Origin: Macrostomum lignano
Lineage: Eukaryota
Assembly (NCBI GenBank): GCA_002269645.1
Contig: NIVC01001091.1
Location: 124,001-188,000, forward strand
Length of the DNA: 64,000 nt
Direction of reading: 5' to 3'
Position 1 is the first letter of the stretch, and every line of letters starts with the position of its first letter. The translations under genes and the position numbers were made by a program. The notes beneath the pieces were generated by a model, which searched no databases, had not been told where the DNA came from, and worked only from the letters and a program-made list of their open reading frames with translations. Below are positions 35,759-49,911 of the stretch, in pieces.

Positions 35759-36297
35759 TCCTTCAAAAATTCTAGCTATAGGGGCCTACACCTAACCATG
35801 GCCTAGGCCATAGCTATAAATAATTTTTTGTAGCTCATATTATAATTATCTAAAAAGGGCTATTGAAATAGTATTCTATTTTTATGCCTGGTTATGTTTT
35901 CCCTTTTAGCTCAATGTATATTTTATTATTTTATTATTTATTTTAGTACACTATCTTTGCTATATCAAAATATTATACTCTAGTTTACTTTTATGTGATA
36001 TAAACTTTGTTTACTTTCTTTTGTATCCCCAAAATTATATATTGATTGGTTAAAAGTTTAGTACTATGTATAGGCAGCCTTCCTATAAATCATCTAAATA
36101 AGATATATTTAAATAGTTTAAGAATCAGTACAGTTTATTATCTAAATATTTAAGAAAAATATCCTTTTTTGTTTTCAAGCTTTTAATAGCAAGTTTATAA
36201 TCCAATGCGAATGCATGTTGCTGCTAGGTGTCAGCAACTAAAGCAGTCGTCTGCTAAGATAAAATAGCCAAGTCTAAAAGTGAACATTTTTGAAGCA

Positions 36298-39013
36298 ATG
36301 TCCAGTTGCTACAACTGCGGAGAGGTTGGCCACTTTGCCCGCGACTGTCCCAATGAACGAGGCGACGGTGCTGGCGCTGCTGGCCAACAAAGAAAAACCG
36401 GCCGAGGCGGTGGAGGCGGCGGGCGAGGTCGCGGTCGCGGTCGCAGTCGACGAGCCAACCGGCAAGATGGAGGCAGCGACGGCGGCGGTATTGTTGACAA
36501 TAACGGCGTGCCGGTGTGCTTCAAGTGCAACCGATCCGGCCACCTGGCCCGCAACTGCTACCGGGGCGGCCTGACCCGCTGCTACAAGTGCAACTGCCTT
36601 GGCCATGTGGCCAGTCAATGCCAGCGAGATATTGTTGCCGGGGCCTGCTACAACTGCGGCTCGTCTGAGCACATTCAGCGCGACTGTCCGGATCCTTTGG
36701 TGAAATCTTGCTACAGGTTTGCATTTTGTTCCTTTCATTGTTTGCCATTGGGAAAATGTTGTACGTTTTACGAGCATATCATGCGCTATATTCCCTCACG
36801 CTCACTTCTCTGCCTCTTTCTCTGCCTCCCTTTCTCTGCCTCCCTTCCTCTGCCCCTTTCTCTGCCTCCCTTTCTCTGTCTCCCTTTCTCTGTCTCCCTT
36901 TCTCTGCCTCCCTTTCTCTGCCTCCCTTTCTCTGCCTCCCTTTCTCTGCCTCCCTTTCTCTGTCTCCCTTTCTCTGCCTCCCTTTCTCTGTCTCCCTTTC
37001 TCTGCCTCCCTTTCTCTGCCTCCCTTTCTCTGCCTCCCTTTCTCTGCCTCCCTTTCTCTGTCTCCCTTTCTCTGCCTCCCTTTCTCTGTCTCCCTTTCTC
37101 TGCCTCCCTTTCTCTGCCTCCCTTTCTCTGTCTCCCTTTCTCTGCCTCCCTTTCTCTGCCTCCCTTTCTCTGTCTCCCTTTCTCTGCCTCCCTTTCTCTG
37201 CCTCCCTTTCTCTGTCTCCCTTTCTCTGCCTCCCTTTCTCTGCCTCTCTTTCTCTGTCTCCCTTTCTCTGCCTCCCTTTCTCTGCCTCCCTTTCTCTGCC
37301 TCCCTTTCTCTGCCTCCCTTTGCCTCCCTTTCTCTGCCTTCCCTTTCTCTGCCTCCCTTTGTATGCCTCTATGCCCCCTTTCTCTGCCTTCCCTTTATCT
37401 GCCTCCCTTTCTCTGCCTCCCTTTCTCTGCCTCCCTTTCTCTGCCTCCCTTTCTCTGCCTCCCTTTATCTGCCTCCCCTTCTCTGCCTCCCCTTCTCTGC
37501 CTCCCTTTCTCTGCCTCCCTTTATCTGCCTCCCTTTATCTGCCTCCCTTTCTCTGCCTCCCTTTGTCTGCCTCCCCTTCTCTGCCTCCCCTTCTCTGCCT
37601 CCCCTTCTCTGCCTCCCTTTCTCTGCCTCCCTTTATCTGCCTCCCTTTCTCTGCCTCCCTTTCTCTGCCTCCCTTTGTCTGCCTCCCCTTCTCTGCCTCC
37701 CTTTCTTTGCCTCCCCATTCTACCGATCATGTATCAACCGTCCTCCACTGAGACTTAATTAAACCTGATTATTTAAGGATCCGTGGCCATACGTTTTTAT
37801 CACCATTACGACTGCATCAACAGCAAATGTGCTATCAAAACCATCAGCGCCTTGGTTATTTGCTCTGAAAGCCAATAATTGTGTTTAGAAGCAAACGAGA
37901 GCTAGACTAATAGGCTACAAGAAAACAGCTTATTTCAATCGCTTACTGTCTTGAGTAGCACTATTAAGATTTTGTCATCCATTCTTATGCCCAATTTGCC
38001 TGAAACAGATGCGGCGACAAAACTCACCTGGCCAAAGATTGCCCGAATAGCGCAGCGGAGGATCGGTCTTGCTACAACTGCGGCCAAGTCGGCCATCTGA
38101 GCCGCGAGTGCACGCAGGCTAAAACTGGACAGCCAATCTGCTATAAGTAAGTGTAGCCCTGTGCGCTTGGAGCTCCCCAGTTGCTGGGCCAGCCTCCCAG
38201 ATCCCCAGTTGCTGGGCCAGCCTCCCAGATCCCCAGTTGCTGGGCCAGCCTCCCAGATCCCAGTTGCTGGGCCAGCCTCCCAGATCCCCAGTTGCTGGGC
38301 CAGCCTCCCAGATCCCCAGTTGCTGGGCCAGCCTCCCAGATCCCAGTTGCTGGGCCAGCCTCCCAGAGTGTCAGTTGCTGGGCCAGCCTCCCAGATCCCC
38401 AGTTGCTGGGCCAGCCTCCCAGATCCCAGTTGCTGGGCCAGCCTCCCAGATCCCCAGTTGCTGGGCCAGCCTCCCAGATCCCCAGTTGCTGGGCCAGCCT
38501 CCCAGATCCCCAGTTGCTGGGCCAGCCTCCCAGATCCCAGTTGCTAGGCCAGCCTCCCAGATCCCCAGTTGCTGGGCCAGCCTCCCAGAACCCCAGTTGC
38601 TGGGCCAGCCTCCCAGATCCCAGTTGCTGGGCCAGCCTCCCAGAGTGTCAGTTGCTGGGCCAGCCTCCCAGATCCCCAGTTGCTGGGCCAGCCTCCCAGA
38701 TCCCAGTTGCTGGGCCAGCCTCCCAGATCCCCAGTTGCTGGGCCAGCCTCCCAGATCCCCAGTTGCTGGGCCAGCCTCCCAGATCCCCAGTTGCTGGGCC
38801 AGCCTCCCAGATCCCAGTTGCTAGGCCAGCCTCCCAGATCCCCAGTTGCTGGGCCAGCCTCCCAGAACCTCAGTCACCCAGCTCGCAGCATATTTGCATA
38901 TACTCGAAAGCAAAATGTCAATCTTCACTAACAGCTGCCAGAAGCCGGGCCACGTATCCAAAGAGTGCCCAGACAAGGCGGACGCTGAGCAGGGCATCCC
39001 AGTCAGCGAATGA
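36298..39013 (+). CDS. CNBP: Cellular nucleic acid-binding protein (CNBP/ZNF9/Gis2 family), 211 aa; exons 36298-36716, 38009-38146, 38935-39013
   Basis: Spliced at phase-2 GT-AG junctions, the protein has seven CX2CX4HX4C knuckles with an RGG/RG-rich box between knuckles 1 and 2, the diagnostic CNBP layout. AATAAA follows the stop. Confidence 0.92.
36800..37720. repeat. 14-bp CT-rich minisatellite (TCTCTGCCTCCCTT) in CNBP intron 1
   Basis: Direct periodicity; it explains the spurious PFLCLPFSASLSL ORFs. Confidence 0.95.
38176..38870. repeat. 28/29-bp minisatellite (CCAGTTGCTGGGCCAGCCTCCCAGATCC[C]) in CNBP intron 2
   Basis: Direct periodicity, with a recurring GAGTGT variant unit. Confidence 0.96.
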
Positions 39014-39491
39014 GACAACAAAACAATAAACAAATAAACAAATAGAAAAGCAAAGATTTTATTTCCTGGTTAGTTCGAGTCTGTTGCTGCTGTTCATTTT
39101 TACCATGTTAGGTTCTGTTGAATCTATTTAATAGCTACCTAAAAACCATCCCCTTAGTAACGTATTGATATACTGTCGGCCTTGCGCTTCTACTAATATT
39201 GTTATAATTAACATTCGGGATGTTACCTGGCCTTTTCTGACTTCCCAGACTGTTTTGCCACAGTTTTGCATTGAGCGTATTATTTAAATTCAATTGGTCG
39301 GCTTTCATTCGGTAGATTATTGGCATAAATCATATCATTTTTATTACTAGGGGTAAGACTGTGTCTTTGTGTTCGCATAGCTTCATATCCATTCATTCAG
39401 ACCGCTCGCACCATGGCGTCTTGCTTGTTTTATAATTTGTGATTATTATTTTATATAGATAATTTCTGTTCTGTTTGATTTTGCTTATCTA

Positions 39492-40093
<602 letters not shown>

Positions 40094-41102
40094 TCTATAT
40101 TTGAAATGAGATGTAAAGATTCCCTGCTATATTTAAATCGGATTGCAATTGGTTGTCAGTAATATAGGAATTATTATTGTTTCAATGCATTGTTTCAGTA
40201 TAGATTTAGTTATGTATTTCCGCGTGAGAGACTTCACAATCACTTCAACGGGACCCTGAGTCGTCCAAGAGTTCGTTGGTGTTGGCGCTTAAGTTTCTAC
40301 TAAATACTTGAATATACTAAAAACTATAAAAGACTCAATAGAGTTATAGACGCAACTCAGTGGTTCTACAGCGACTCTAGCACGCCTCAGACACGGCTCT
40401 GCGGTTCCAAAGTCGTGACATTTCGTCGTTTTATAATCTTCTAGAGTCACCTATTTTATCTGTGTTACCTGCAAACGACTCTGAGGCGATGCATGCCCTC
40501 TTAATATACTTTTGATTGCGGACTCATCTAAACTAAGCTTTTACTTATTGTTTTGTCTAGCTAAAAAGAAATAAAAGATATCTGATTAAAACAAATCGAG
40601 TTTCTCCTAACCCAAAAGGTTCTGGTGCCTTTTTTACTCTCTGTTTTGCTTCAAATCAATCCAAGATTTTTCTGCTTTACTGCTTTACAGTTTAGCCAGC
40701 AGTGTACGAGCGTAATTTTATCTAAACCGGTTTGGTTTATCAAACGCTATAGAGATTTCTTTCATTCTTGCTTGCTCAAGTTTCTAGAATAAGCAATGCA
40801 GATTAAAAACCAGTGAAAGCATTGCACATTTATCCGCTGATAAACACCGCAGGCTGTGCATTCCAGTTTTCTGGGTTTCTCTGATCCAGTTTCAGTTTGC
40901 AATTTATAAAAAAAATTAAAACAACAAAAAAGACAAAACCGAGTCGAGAACCAACCAATATTGCTTATTATGTTTGCTTTGTCCAGCAGTAGCGGCTTTG
41001 TCATGTGGTCTGATACGTTTTTTCTAACTATTAATATACTTATTATATGTAGTCTGTGGGTGTCTAAAATAGGAGTTAAGCAACTCCGTTAATACGATGG
41101 CA

Positions 41103-41657
41103 TCAGACCCCGGCCCCGGTCGGCTTCTTGTCTGTCGAAGCCTTGCGAGCGTCAGCAGACGACTTGCGATTGTCCACAGAGGACTTCCTGCTGGCCGGCT
41201 TCTCTGGCGGAATGATCAGCACGGGCCGGTGGGCGTGGTGCAGCACGTAGTCGGACACGCTGCCAAGGAATGTACGGCGCAGGGTGCCCATGCCGCGGTT
41301 GCCCATGATGATGATGCTGACGTTCTCCTCTTTGGCCACCTCGACAATTGACTGGCCGGGATTGTTGGTCACTCGTTCCACGAATTTGGTCTCGTTACTG
41401 ACGCCCAGCTGGCGGCAGCGCTCCCGCACCGCTTTGCCAATCTGGCTGCCGGCTTTCATTGCGTCCTTCATCATGTTGGCGTACACTTCGGAGTTGGCCA
41501 TCAGGCTGGCGCCGGTGCCCCGCGGCAGCGCCGGCGGCTCGATGGCGTACGTGAAGATGAGAACATCGGACGACTTGTTCATGTTGTCGGCGTAAAAGGC
41601 CACGGCCCGATGGCTGTGGTCGCTGCCGTCCACAGCGATAAGAATGCGCCGGGTCAT
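41103..41657 (-). CDS. Universal stress protein (UspA domain), single exon, 184 aa
   Basis: RRILIAVDGSDHS at the N-terminus and IIMGNRGMGTLRRTFLGSVSDYVLHHAHRPVLIIP with an intact G-2X-G-9X-GS ATP-binding motif. Strong GC3 codon bias. Confidence 0.95.
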   Translation of the reverse strand: MTRRILIAVDGSDHSHRAVAFYADNMNKSSDVLIFTYAIEPPALPRGTGASLMANSEVYANMMKDAMKAGSQIGKAVRERCRQLGVSNETKFVERVTNNPGQSIVEVAKEENVSIIIMGNRGMGTLRRTFLGSVSDYVLHHAHRPVLIIPPEKPASRKSSVDNRKSSADARKASTDKKPTGAGV

Positions 41658-42242
41658 GGCACGGCTTTCTCGGCTATTGCTTGTTGGCTCAACGAAGTTT
41701 GAGAATTCTATTTTTTAAAGATTTAGAGCGAGGCTTCGCCTACACTTTTATGCACAGGCGTCGAGGAGGGGCAATGCAGAGAGGTTGGAAATGCTATGGA
41801 GGGCTTATCTTTGTTAACTGTTCCAATGCCTGGCACGAGAGCTGCAGCTCTCTACTCGGCTCTGTGACTTTTGGTCTATTTCCAACGCTATTCTTATCCG
41901 TATCGGCGTGTTTAGTCTTCATGGTTCTTTTTAATCTAATCTCGATTTTCGCTCAATTATCAGTGTGTATATTTCTCCGAAAGAGCTGCACGTCCGAATA
42001 TTAAAATTATGGCAGCTGAAATAACTAATAATACATGTATTCGTCGAAACCTTTAGAAATTGGAAAAAATTTTGCGAATGCTTATAACTTTACCCCTTGA
42101 AATGTTGTGATTCAGGGTAAGCGTCAACAATTCAGTCATTCTAAGCTCCTGATCCCTAACCCCAAAATCCTTAAACTTGTTATTACACATGTACGTACCC
42201 TTTGTTGTAACTGTGTTTGTAGTGCATGTTCGTGTACTAAAG

Positions 42243-42500
42243 GGGGTTGTAGCCTAGTGGTTAGAGCGTCGGAGTCACAACGTGAAGGTCGAGGGTTTTG
42301 ATTCCCAATCCCGAGATTCAACTAGTAGAACAATGTGTGTCCTTCAGCAAGACGACGATCTGCATTGCTTCAGTTCACCCAGCTGTAAAATTGGTGCCAG
42401 CATTAGCTGGGGTAATTGAGGGTGTGTGGCGACCCCCAAGTCCCTCGACTGAACAGCAGCCTTCAGATACGCCGCATAATATACGAGCGTACATGTAACT
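42243..42500 (+). mobile_element. tRNA-derived SINE with a Deu/Nin-like central domain
   Basis: The head has box A TAGCCTAGTGG and a degenerate box B GGTTTTGATTCC. It is followed by TGTGTCCTTCAGCAAGAC...TGCTTCAGTTCACCCAGCTGTAAAAT, which resembles the conserved Deu/Nin SINE core as I recall it. Confidence 0.65.
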
Positions 42501-43118
42501 GCGGCTGAGCTGTCGGTTTCACATCTGCCCGTTAGGACAAATTGTATTTCGTCCTAAAATAATATGATGGGTTTCGGCCTTTTTAAGCCTGTAGGCTGTA
42601 GCTTCGGGCCTCGGAACTCAGAAATTAATCACTTAAAGCTCCGGCCTCTCACTCCTGTCAGATGGTCAGCCCCGTGGTAGCAAGATTGTGGGCGAGCAGC
42701 AAGGTCCTATAGCTAGGAGAAGACAGCGAGAGACAAGCAGGGAGAATTTGAAAGGTAGAGATTAGCTAATCCGCAGATTAACTAACCCGCTGCCACCAGT
42801 CCGTGCGCCCCAGCTCACCAAACCGGAGCTATCGAAATCGGACTTCCGACTAGAGGGGCATTGCACTTACCTGCCACCTAGTGTCTTTTAGCTGTCAATC
42901 TCGAAGTCATAGCCGAATAGAAGGGACGCTGCTGGGACTAAGATCACATTGGCCATGCAGGGACAGAGAGGACTTTTGCAGGATGTTCTTGCGCTGGCGA
43001 GCCTTCATACACTATACTAAATGTACTACTTCATTACCAATTCCCATAAGTACATGTACAAGTACATGTAACTGCACACTTTTGGCACTAAATGTGTTAA
43101 CGCGTCGACAGATAGCGA

Positions 43119-44047
43119 TGATGTAGGTGTATTGCCGCCTTTGGAGATCTCTAGACTAACATTTAACTCGTTTCAGCCGCTTAGCTGCCTGAGACTGCGC
43201 GAAAGCACAAGTCTGGCACTTAGGTTGCATGCTTATCATGATTTCCGAGATCGACTGATTGACTGGGGACTGTGCCGGTTCCGGTCCACTGTGACCTCTG
43301 CTCCTAGATCTAGCCACTCATCTCAGCTGGCATTGCGAAAAAGAAAGAAAACGCTAAGTCTAACTTCCAGATTTAACTTTCTTACTTAATCCGCAATCCT
43401 AAACGCCTTACATTGAGTCAGAGCAAATAGCTACTTTTAGTATTAACTGACACTTCTGCCTCGAGTTTGGCACACAAAAAGAAAGTAAGCAAAAGTGCAA
43501 ATCCTATCAGACTACCTAGGAAGGGGTCAGACAAAGGGCGCACCCAGTTAAGCAGGTCAAGAAAGCCTTTCACCAAACCAATCAGAGGACCTAACTGCCG
43601 GTAGCCAAGGGATCCGCAGAGACCGAAGCGCTCGGATGGGATGCTGCTGCTGATCTTAGCTGACGAGTGCCGCCGGTACTCTTCACTTTCCGGTTGTCGT
43701 TGCTGCTCTTAGATCACTGCCGGGAGATATTGATAATGCTTCTCAGGGGGAACTTAGCTGTTGAAGCCGAAACTGCCGGGGGAAGTGGGATCAGGTCGGC
43801 AGGACCCGAAGGGAGAAGAGCCTGAAGGCAGTATCAGGCCCCGAGTTCTTTCGAGCGCGGGTCGAATTGCCGCCTTTTTATAGCTCTCATGCGGCCGATT
43901 TGTTATAACGCGCGCCGAATTTTCTGATTGGCTGAGAGCTTTTGTTAAAATGCGCCAAATTTTCTGATTGGACGACCGGGGGCAGTCAGGTCGTCTCTGA
44001 TTGGCTGAGCTCAAAACCCCAAAACCCACCCCACCAGGTGGCCTTCA
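43119..44047 (+). mobile_element. Probable solo LTR (~930 bp)
   Basis: TGATGTAG...CCTTCA termini match the style of the other LTRs here (TGATGT...CTTCA/CCTCA on their sense strand). It has repeated CTGATTGG (CCAAT) boxes. No TSD, PBS or PPT was found. Confidence 0.5.
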
Positions 44048-46749
44048 GACCCCAGGGAAGTTGACAGGTGCGGTCCTAAATCATGTGCAAAGTATAATAA
44101 AAGTCACTTGTCTAGACATCCTGGCACCAAAAGTGACTGCAAAACGCCCATAAATCAAAAGAGAAGGTAACAGAGCGAGTGGGGAGAAAGCTGGAAAGAC
44201 CTCTTTGACCCAGACAGGCTGGAGCCAGAAGTGACAGCTAGACCGCCATGAGTCACTAAAAACAGTGAAAAAGTCACAAATTAGGGGGTCAGAATGAGGT
44301 TAAAAAAATTCCTCCCAGACTTAGTGTCGCTTGTCGATCTAGACTGTTAGAGGTCAATCCGTCTCAGACCCAGACAGCCTGACCTTCAAAGATGCGTAAA
44401 CAACCCAAAATTAAAATCCTAAGGGAAGTACATTGAGTTGAGTATATATCTAACTTAAATTAATAATAATGTCATAAATTAGTATAGTGCGGTTTGCGGT
44501 TTTAAGATTGAAAAAAGATGCGTCCTCATCAAATAGTATTGAGAACTACATGTAATACGACCACTTTTTGGATATTTTAGGTAATTATTATGTGTGAAAA
44601 AAGTTTATGTAATTTAGCTATTTAAATATGAAGTTTTTATTACATTTAATAAAAGGATTTCTTCATACAGTTTCATGCATTTTATATGGGCTTGTTTCAG
44701 GATTTACGTCGAAATACGATCAGCTTTTTATGTTATTTAAGAAAAGGATGCTGTGAAATAGAAAAAAATGGACTTGTTAAATAAGTGAATTTTTAAGTAA
44801 GTTAATATAGCTTTTTTATTATGACTATATGTATTTTGCTGCTAAACAAATGCAAAATTGTGTGACAGAAGCATTGTGTAGTAGTCTTCGTGAAAGTTTA
44901 ATAACTCAATTAAATTCAATAGCTGTTTGAGACGTTAGCTAGCTTTATTTTAATTATTTTGTTTAAACAAGTGCATCTAATGAAATCAACTTCAAATTCA
45001 AAATAGAGTTTAATTTGCAGGTTTTTTGTTTTTATAGTTTATTATGAGCCAGCTCCCTGGGCAAACACTTTAAAAACACCAAAGTAAAACTATTCACTAC
45101 GTAACGCGTATAATGTTGTTGATTTTCAGAATTCTGACGCAAAAAACGCAAATTATACTACTATCTGAAAATGAAGTAAGTAGTATACAAAAACGCTATC
45201 CTAAGCGTGATTCAATATGTAGTTGTAATAATCCATGTGCTCATATTAATTCCATGTACATTAATCCCTATCTATCTCAAATTGTACATTAATTCCATGT
45301 ACATTAATCCCTATCCCAAATTGTCTATCCCCAATTCTACATGTACACTCACATTAATCTACAGTGTCATCCCCGTAGTCATAATAATCCATGTGCTCAT
45401 ATTAATTCCATGTACATTAATCCCTATCTATCCCAAATTGGATATGTACATTAATTCCATGTACATTAATCCCTAACTCAAATGTCCATGTCTATCCCCA
45501 ATTCTATATGTATGCAGTATGTGCATTAATCTACAGTGTCATCCCCAGCGCGCGCGCGCACCAAAATTACAACTCGAAACCCTACTACATGTACAGTGTA
45601 CAATCTCATCTACTACTACCAAATGAGTCAACTAATTGTGTAGCCTACAACGTAAATGTATATTTCCAATGTACATTTCTCAGACATTTGAATAATACGG
45701 GTCGGAGTCTATATGTACATCGATAGCCTCTATACTCATATCCGCTACATACCCCAAAAATTAGGTATGTACATTTTCACCCTCGGAGAATGTAGGTTTG
45801 AATATGCTGATAATTTATTCGAAATCACTTATAAAATACACATACTTTCATATAGAGGCGGGCCTGTACAAACTCTCGCCAAGCGATGGGGTGGAGTTTG
45901 CGTCATCCAAGCCTCTCCCAAGTCTGCCCCCCAAATACAAGACTGTGTTGAAGCAGTGCTTTATATTTCTATTGACAGTGGGTATGATACAAGACGCTTC
46001 GTCGCGCTTTAATTACAGTAAACCATCCCCTCGAAGCTCCTATACTGAATGCTGAATCACCCTTTAACTCGGACCATAGTCAAATTCAACCCTGTTCGAA
46101 AACAGCCACCCCTCCGATGTTTACCAGACACAGCGCAGACCCCATAACAAATCGAGCTAAATTTTAACACTCGCCCCTGTTCTCTCTGTCCCCCCTTCTA
46201 AATGCCAAGGAATTTCGACCCTCTCTCCATTTTCAGTGTACAAACAGATCTTTCCACAGCACAGACCTATATTAAACTTCAAAACCCCTCTCTTCTCCGA
46301 TTACGTCATCCATGCCGCCCCAGATAGCAAGAAACCAACTTTTAATGCACACATCAACCCCGCGAATCTGAGCAAATCCGAGTCCGCCAACCTCTACCTA
46401 CATTGACAAACCCCAGCTGCATTTGTAAATGTACACAGCCTATGAATCAGTGTCTCCACCGCATGCAATTCTGATTTACTTGATTCTGAAATTTGTAAAA
46501 TGTATAAGTCACCCTTGCGTTTACTAGAAGTAGTGAAGTCCACAAATTTAAATACGTGAGGCTATTCAATTCTGCCTCTCCGCCTCCCCTACCTTCTCAC
46601 TTCAAGCTTTCAGACTTGGTCTTTGAGACGGTTTAATCTGTTAGAAGCAGGAATGAATCATGCACTGACCTCTCCATACAAAGTAATGTTGGAATTTCAA
46701 ACAAGAAATTTGGTTATTTTGAAAGCTAAATGACTAGAAATGCACATTT

Positions 46750-48900
46750 TTCATTAAAATGCAGCTTTTCACAGTTTTTATGCATTTTTACGTTAAAATG
46801 CAGACTTTGTTGATCAAAATCAGTAGTTTCATCACTAGAAACCATACTTTCAACAGCTAATTTGTCCAAATGTCGCTTTCAACTTGACCTTAGACAGCTT
46901 TTAAGCAGGAATGAACCCCACACAAACATCCACAAGCCAGCCCAAAATCAGCCAAAGACATGGCTATTGAAGCCTAAATTGCTAGAAATGAGCATTTTTT
47001 CATAAGAAAATACAATTTTTCACAGTTTTTATGCATTTTTACGTTAAAATGCAGACTTTGTTGATCAAAATCAGTAGTTTCATCACTAGAAACCATACTT
47101 TCAACAGCTAATTTGTCCAAATGTCGCTTTCAACTTGACCTTAGACAGCTTTTAAGCAGGAATGAACCCCACACAAACATCCACAAGCCAGCCCAAAATC
47201 AGCCAAAGACATGGCTATTGAAGCCTAAATTGCTAGAAATGAGCATTTTTTCATAAGAAAATACAATTTTTCACAGTTTTTATGCATTTTTACGTTAAAA
47301 TGCAGACTTTGTTGATCAAAATCAGTAGTTTCATCACTAGAAACCATACTTTCAACAGCTAATTTGTCCAAATGTCGCTTTCAACTTGACCTTAGACAGC
47401 TTTTAAGCAGGAATGAACCCCACACAAACATCCACAAGCCAGCCCAAAATCAGCCAAAGACATGGCTATTGAAGCCTAAATTGCTAGAAATGAGCATTTT
47501 TTCATAAGAAAATACAATTTTTCACAGTTTTTATGCATTTTTACGTTAAAATGCAGACTTTGTTGATCAAAATCAGTAGTTTCATCACTAGAAACCATAC
47601 TTTCAACAGCTAATTTGTCCAAATGTCGCTTTCAACTTGACCTTAGACAGCTTTTAAGCAGGAATGAACCCCACACAAACATCCACAAGCCAGCCCAAAA
47701 TCAGCCAAAGACATGGCTATTGAAGCCTAAATTGCTAGAAATGAGCATTTTTTCATAAGAAAATACAATTTTTCACAGTTTTTATGCATTTTTACGTTAA
47801 AATGCAGACTTTGTTGATCAAAATCAGTAGTTTCATCACTAGAAACCATACTTTCAACAGCTAATTTGTCCAAATGTCGCTTTCAACTTGACCTTAGACA
47901 GCTTTTAAGCAGGAATGAACCCCACACAAACATCCACAAGCCAGCCCAAAATCAGCCAAAGACATGGCTATTGAAGCCTAAATTGCTAGAAATGAGCATT
48001 TTTTCATAAGAAAATACAATTTTTCACAGTTTTTATGCATTTTTACGTTAAAATGCAGACTTTGTTGATCAAAATCAGTAGTTTCATCACTAGAAACCAT
48101 ACTTTCAACAGCTAATTTGTCCAAATGTCGCTTTCAACTTGACCTTAGACAGCTTTTAAGCAGGAATGAACCCCACACAAACATCCACAAGCCAGCCCAA
48201 AATCAGCCAAAGACATGGCTATTGAAGCCTAAATTGCTAGAAATGAGCATTTTTTCATAAGAAAATACAATTTTTCACAGTTTTTACGCATTTTTTACGT
48301 TAAAATGCAGACTTTGTTGATCAAAATCAGTAGTTTCATCACTAGAAACCATACTTTCAACAGCTAATTTGTCCAAATGTCGCTTTCAACTTGACCTTAG
48401 ACAGCTTTTAAGCAGGAATGAACCCCACACAAACATCCACAAGCCAGCCCAAAATCAGCCAAAGACATGGCTATTGAAGCCTAAATTGCTAGAAATGAGC
48501 ATTTTTTCATAAGAAAATACAATTTTTCACAGTTTTTATGCATTTTTACGTTAAAATGCAGACTTTGTTGATCAAAATCAGTAGTTTCATCACTAGAAAC
48601 CATACTTTCAACAGCTAATTTGTCCAAATGTCGCTTTCAACTTGACCTTAGACAGCTTTTAAGCAGGAATGAACCCCACACAAACATCCACAAGCCAGCC
48701 CAAAATCAGCCAAAGACATGGCTATTGAAGCCTAAATTGCTAGAAATGAGCATTTTTTCATAAGAAAATACAATTTTTCACAGTTTTTACGCATTTTTTA
48801 CGTTAAAATGCAGACTTTATTGATCAAAATCAGTAGGTTTCATCACTAAAAACCACAATTTTAACACAAAATTATCACAAATGCTACTTCTGGAACTCTG
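46750..48900. repeat. 251-bp tandem satellite, 8 full units, in the left arm
   Basis: CAGACTTT anchors at 46801, 47052, 47303, 47554, 47805, 48056, 48308, 48559 and 48811. Degenerate units continue to ~49400. Confidence 0.96.
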
Positions 48901-49911
48901 AGACAGCTTTGAGCAGGAATTATAATCGCACACGGATTACCCGAGCCAGTCCAATTTCCACTAAAACCATGATTTTTTTAAAGCTAATTCTTAGAATTTC
49001 TCATTCTTTCGTTTAATAAAGGCCAATTTTCACAGTTTTATTATTTTCTAACGTTAAAATGCTAAATGCGAATTGATCAAACTTAGTAGTTTCATCCCAA
49101 AAACCATAATTTCAACCGCTAATTTGTCCAAATGCTGATTTCAAAGTTGGCAAGAGACAGCTTTCGAGCAGGAATGAGTCACACACTGATCTCCATATGC
49201 ACACCCCGCCCCAAGTTGGAATTCCACCCAAGGCATTTTCATTGAAAGCTAAATTACTAGAAATTGCACATTTTCGTTTTAAAAAGGTCAATTTTTACAG
49301 TTTTAACTCTTTTTAACGTTAAAATGCTGACTTTATTGAACAAAATGAATCACTTCATTCAGTAGAAACCATAATTTTTACAACTTAAAAATGCTGTTTC
49401 ATCATCAAATGTGTGTATTTGGTACGTGTAATACCCCTCAAGAAGTCAGGGAAGGGATTATTCTTGAATATTGGGTTAAAACGTACAGTTTGCTATAAAC
49501 CTAGCTTATAAAGCCGAGGGATGTTCCATAAGTACTTATACTTTTGCATGCTGCTCAGGAACTACGCAACCAATCATTGTAAGTTTTATGTCGCTGGAAA
49601 GCGGCTTTACTCATCTTTAATCTGTCGCCAAAATCATTTCGTTCTGTCAACTATGTCAAAAGTTACAACAAAAAACGTAGTCAAAGGTCACCCATAGACT
49701 TACAAGAAATTTTCAAAATCAAAACTTCAAAGTTCAGCACGCAGAGTTATTTTGGATTCTACATAATGCATTCTTTTTTGCTTCATAAGCGAATGCCACA
49801 CCCTTTTCGTCTATGGAAAATACTGGCCTAAGCTTTCACAGCATCTTAATCTTAAGATCACAGCATCTTAATCTTGTAAAGTTTCACCACCTTGGCTGCT
49901 GCTGCATCACC

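Noticed and set aside
36800-37720. Parallel with the human CNBP intron-1 (CCTG)n expansion of myotonic dystrophy type 2
   Set aside because: The unit is a 14-mer rather than CCTG, the intron is at a different position (inside the CDS), and most introns in this window hold minisatellites, so coincidence is sufficient.
36708-37762. Long 347-492-aa ORFs (PFLCLPFSASLSL...) extending the CNBP exon
   Set aside because: They are translations of a stop-free 14-bp minisatellite; the real CDS splices out at 36716 (AG|GTTTGC).
38161-39029. Repetitive ORFs in CNBP intron 2, and similarly 62737-63877, 3017-3481 and 3799-4465
   Set aside because: All are products of tandem or low-complexity DNA. Only 38935-39013 and 63738-63877 are supported as exons, by splice sites and domain content.
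41103-41657. Intronless USP as bacterial contamination or recent horizontal transfer
   Set aside because: It is embedded among eukaryotic repeats and genes, its codon style matches the neighbouring host exons, and USP genes are established in several invertebrate phyla.
42243-42315. Possible tRNA gene
   Set aside because: Box B and the acceptor stem are degenerate, and the sequence continues into a SINE-type core; treated as a SINE head.
45207-46055. Short ORFs in the foldback arms (mirrored at 53724-54572)
   Set aside because: No recognisable domains, and they overlap local TACATTAATCCC-type repeats; used only as evidence of arm identity.
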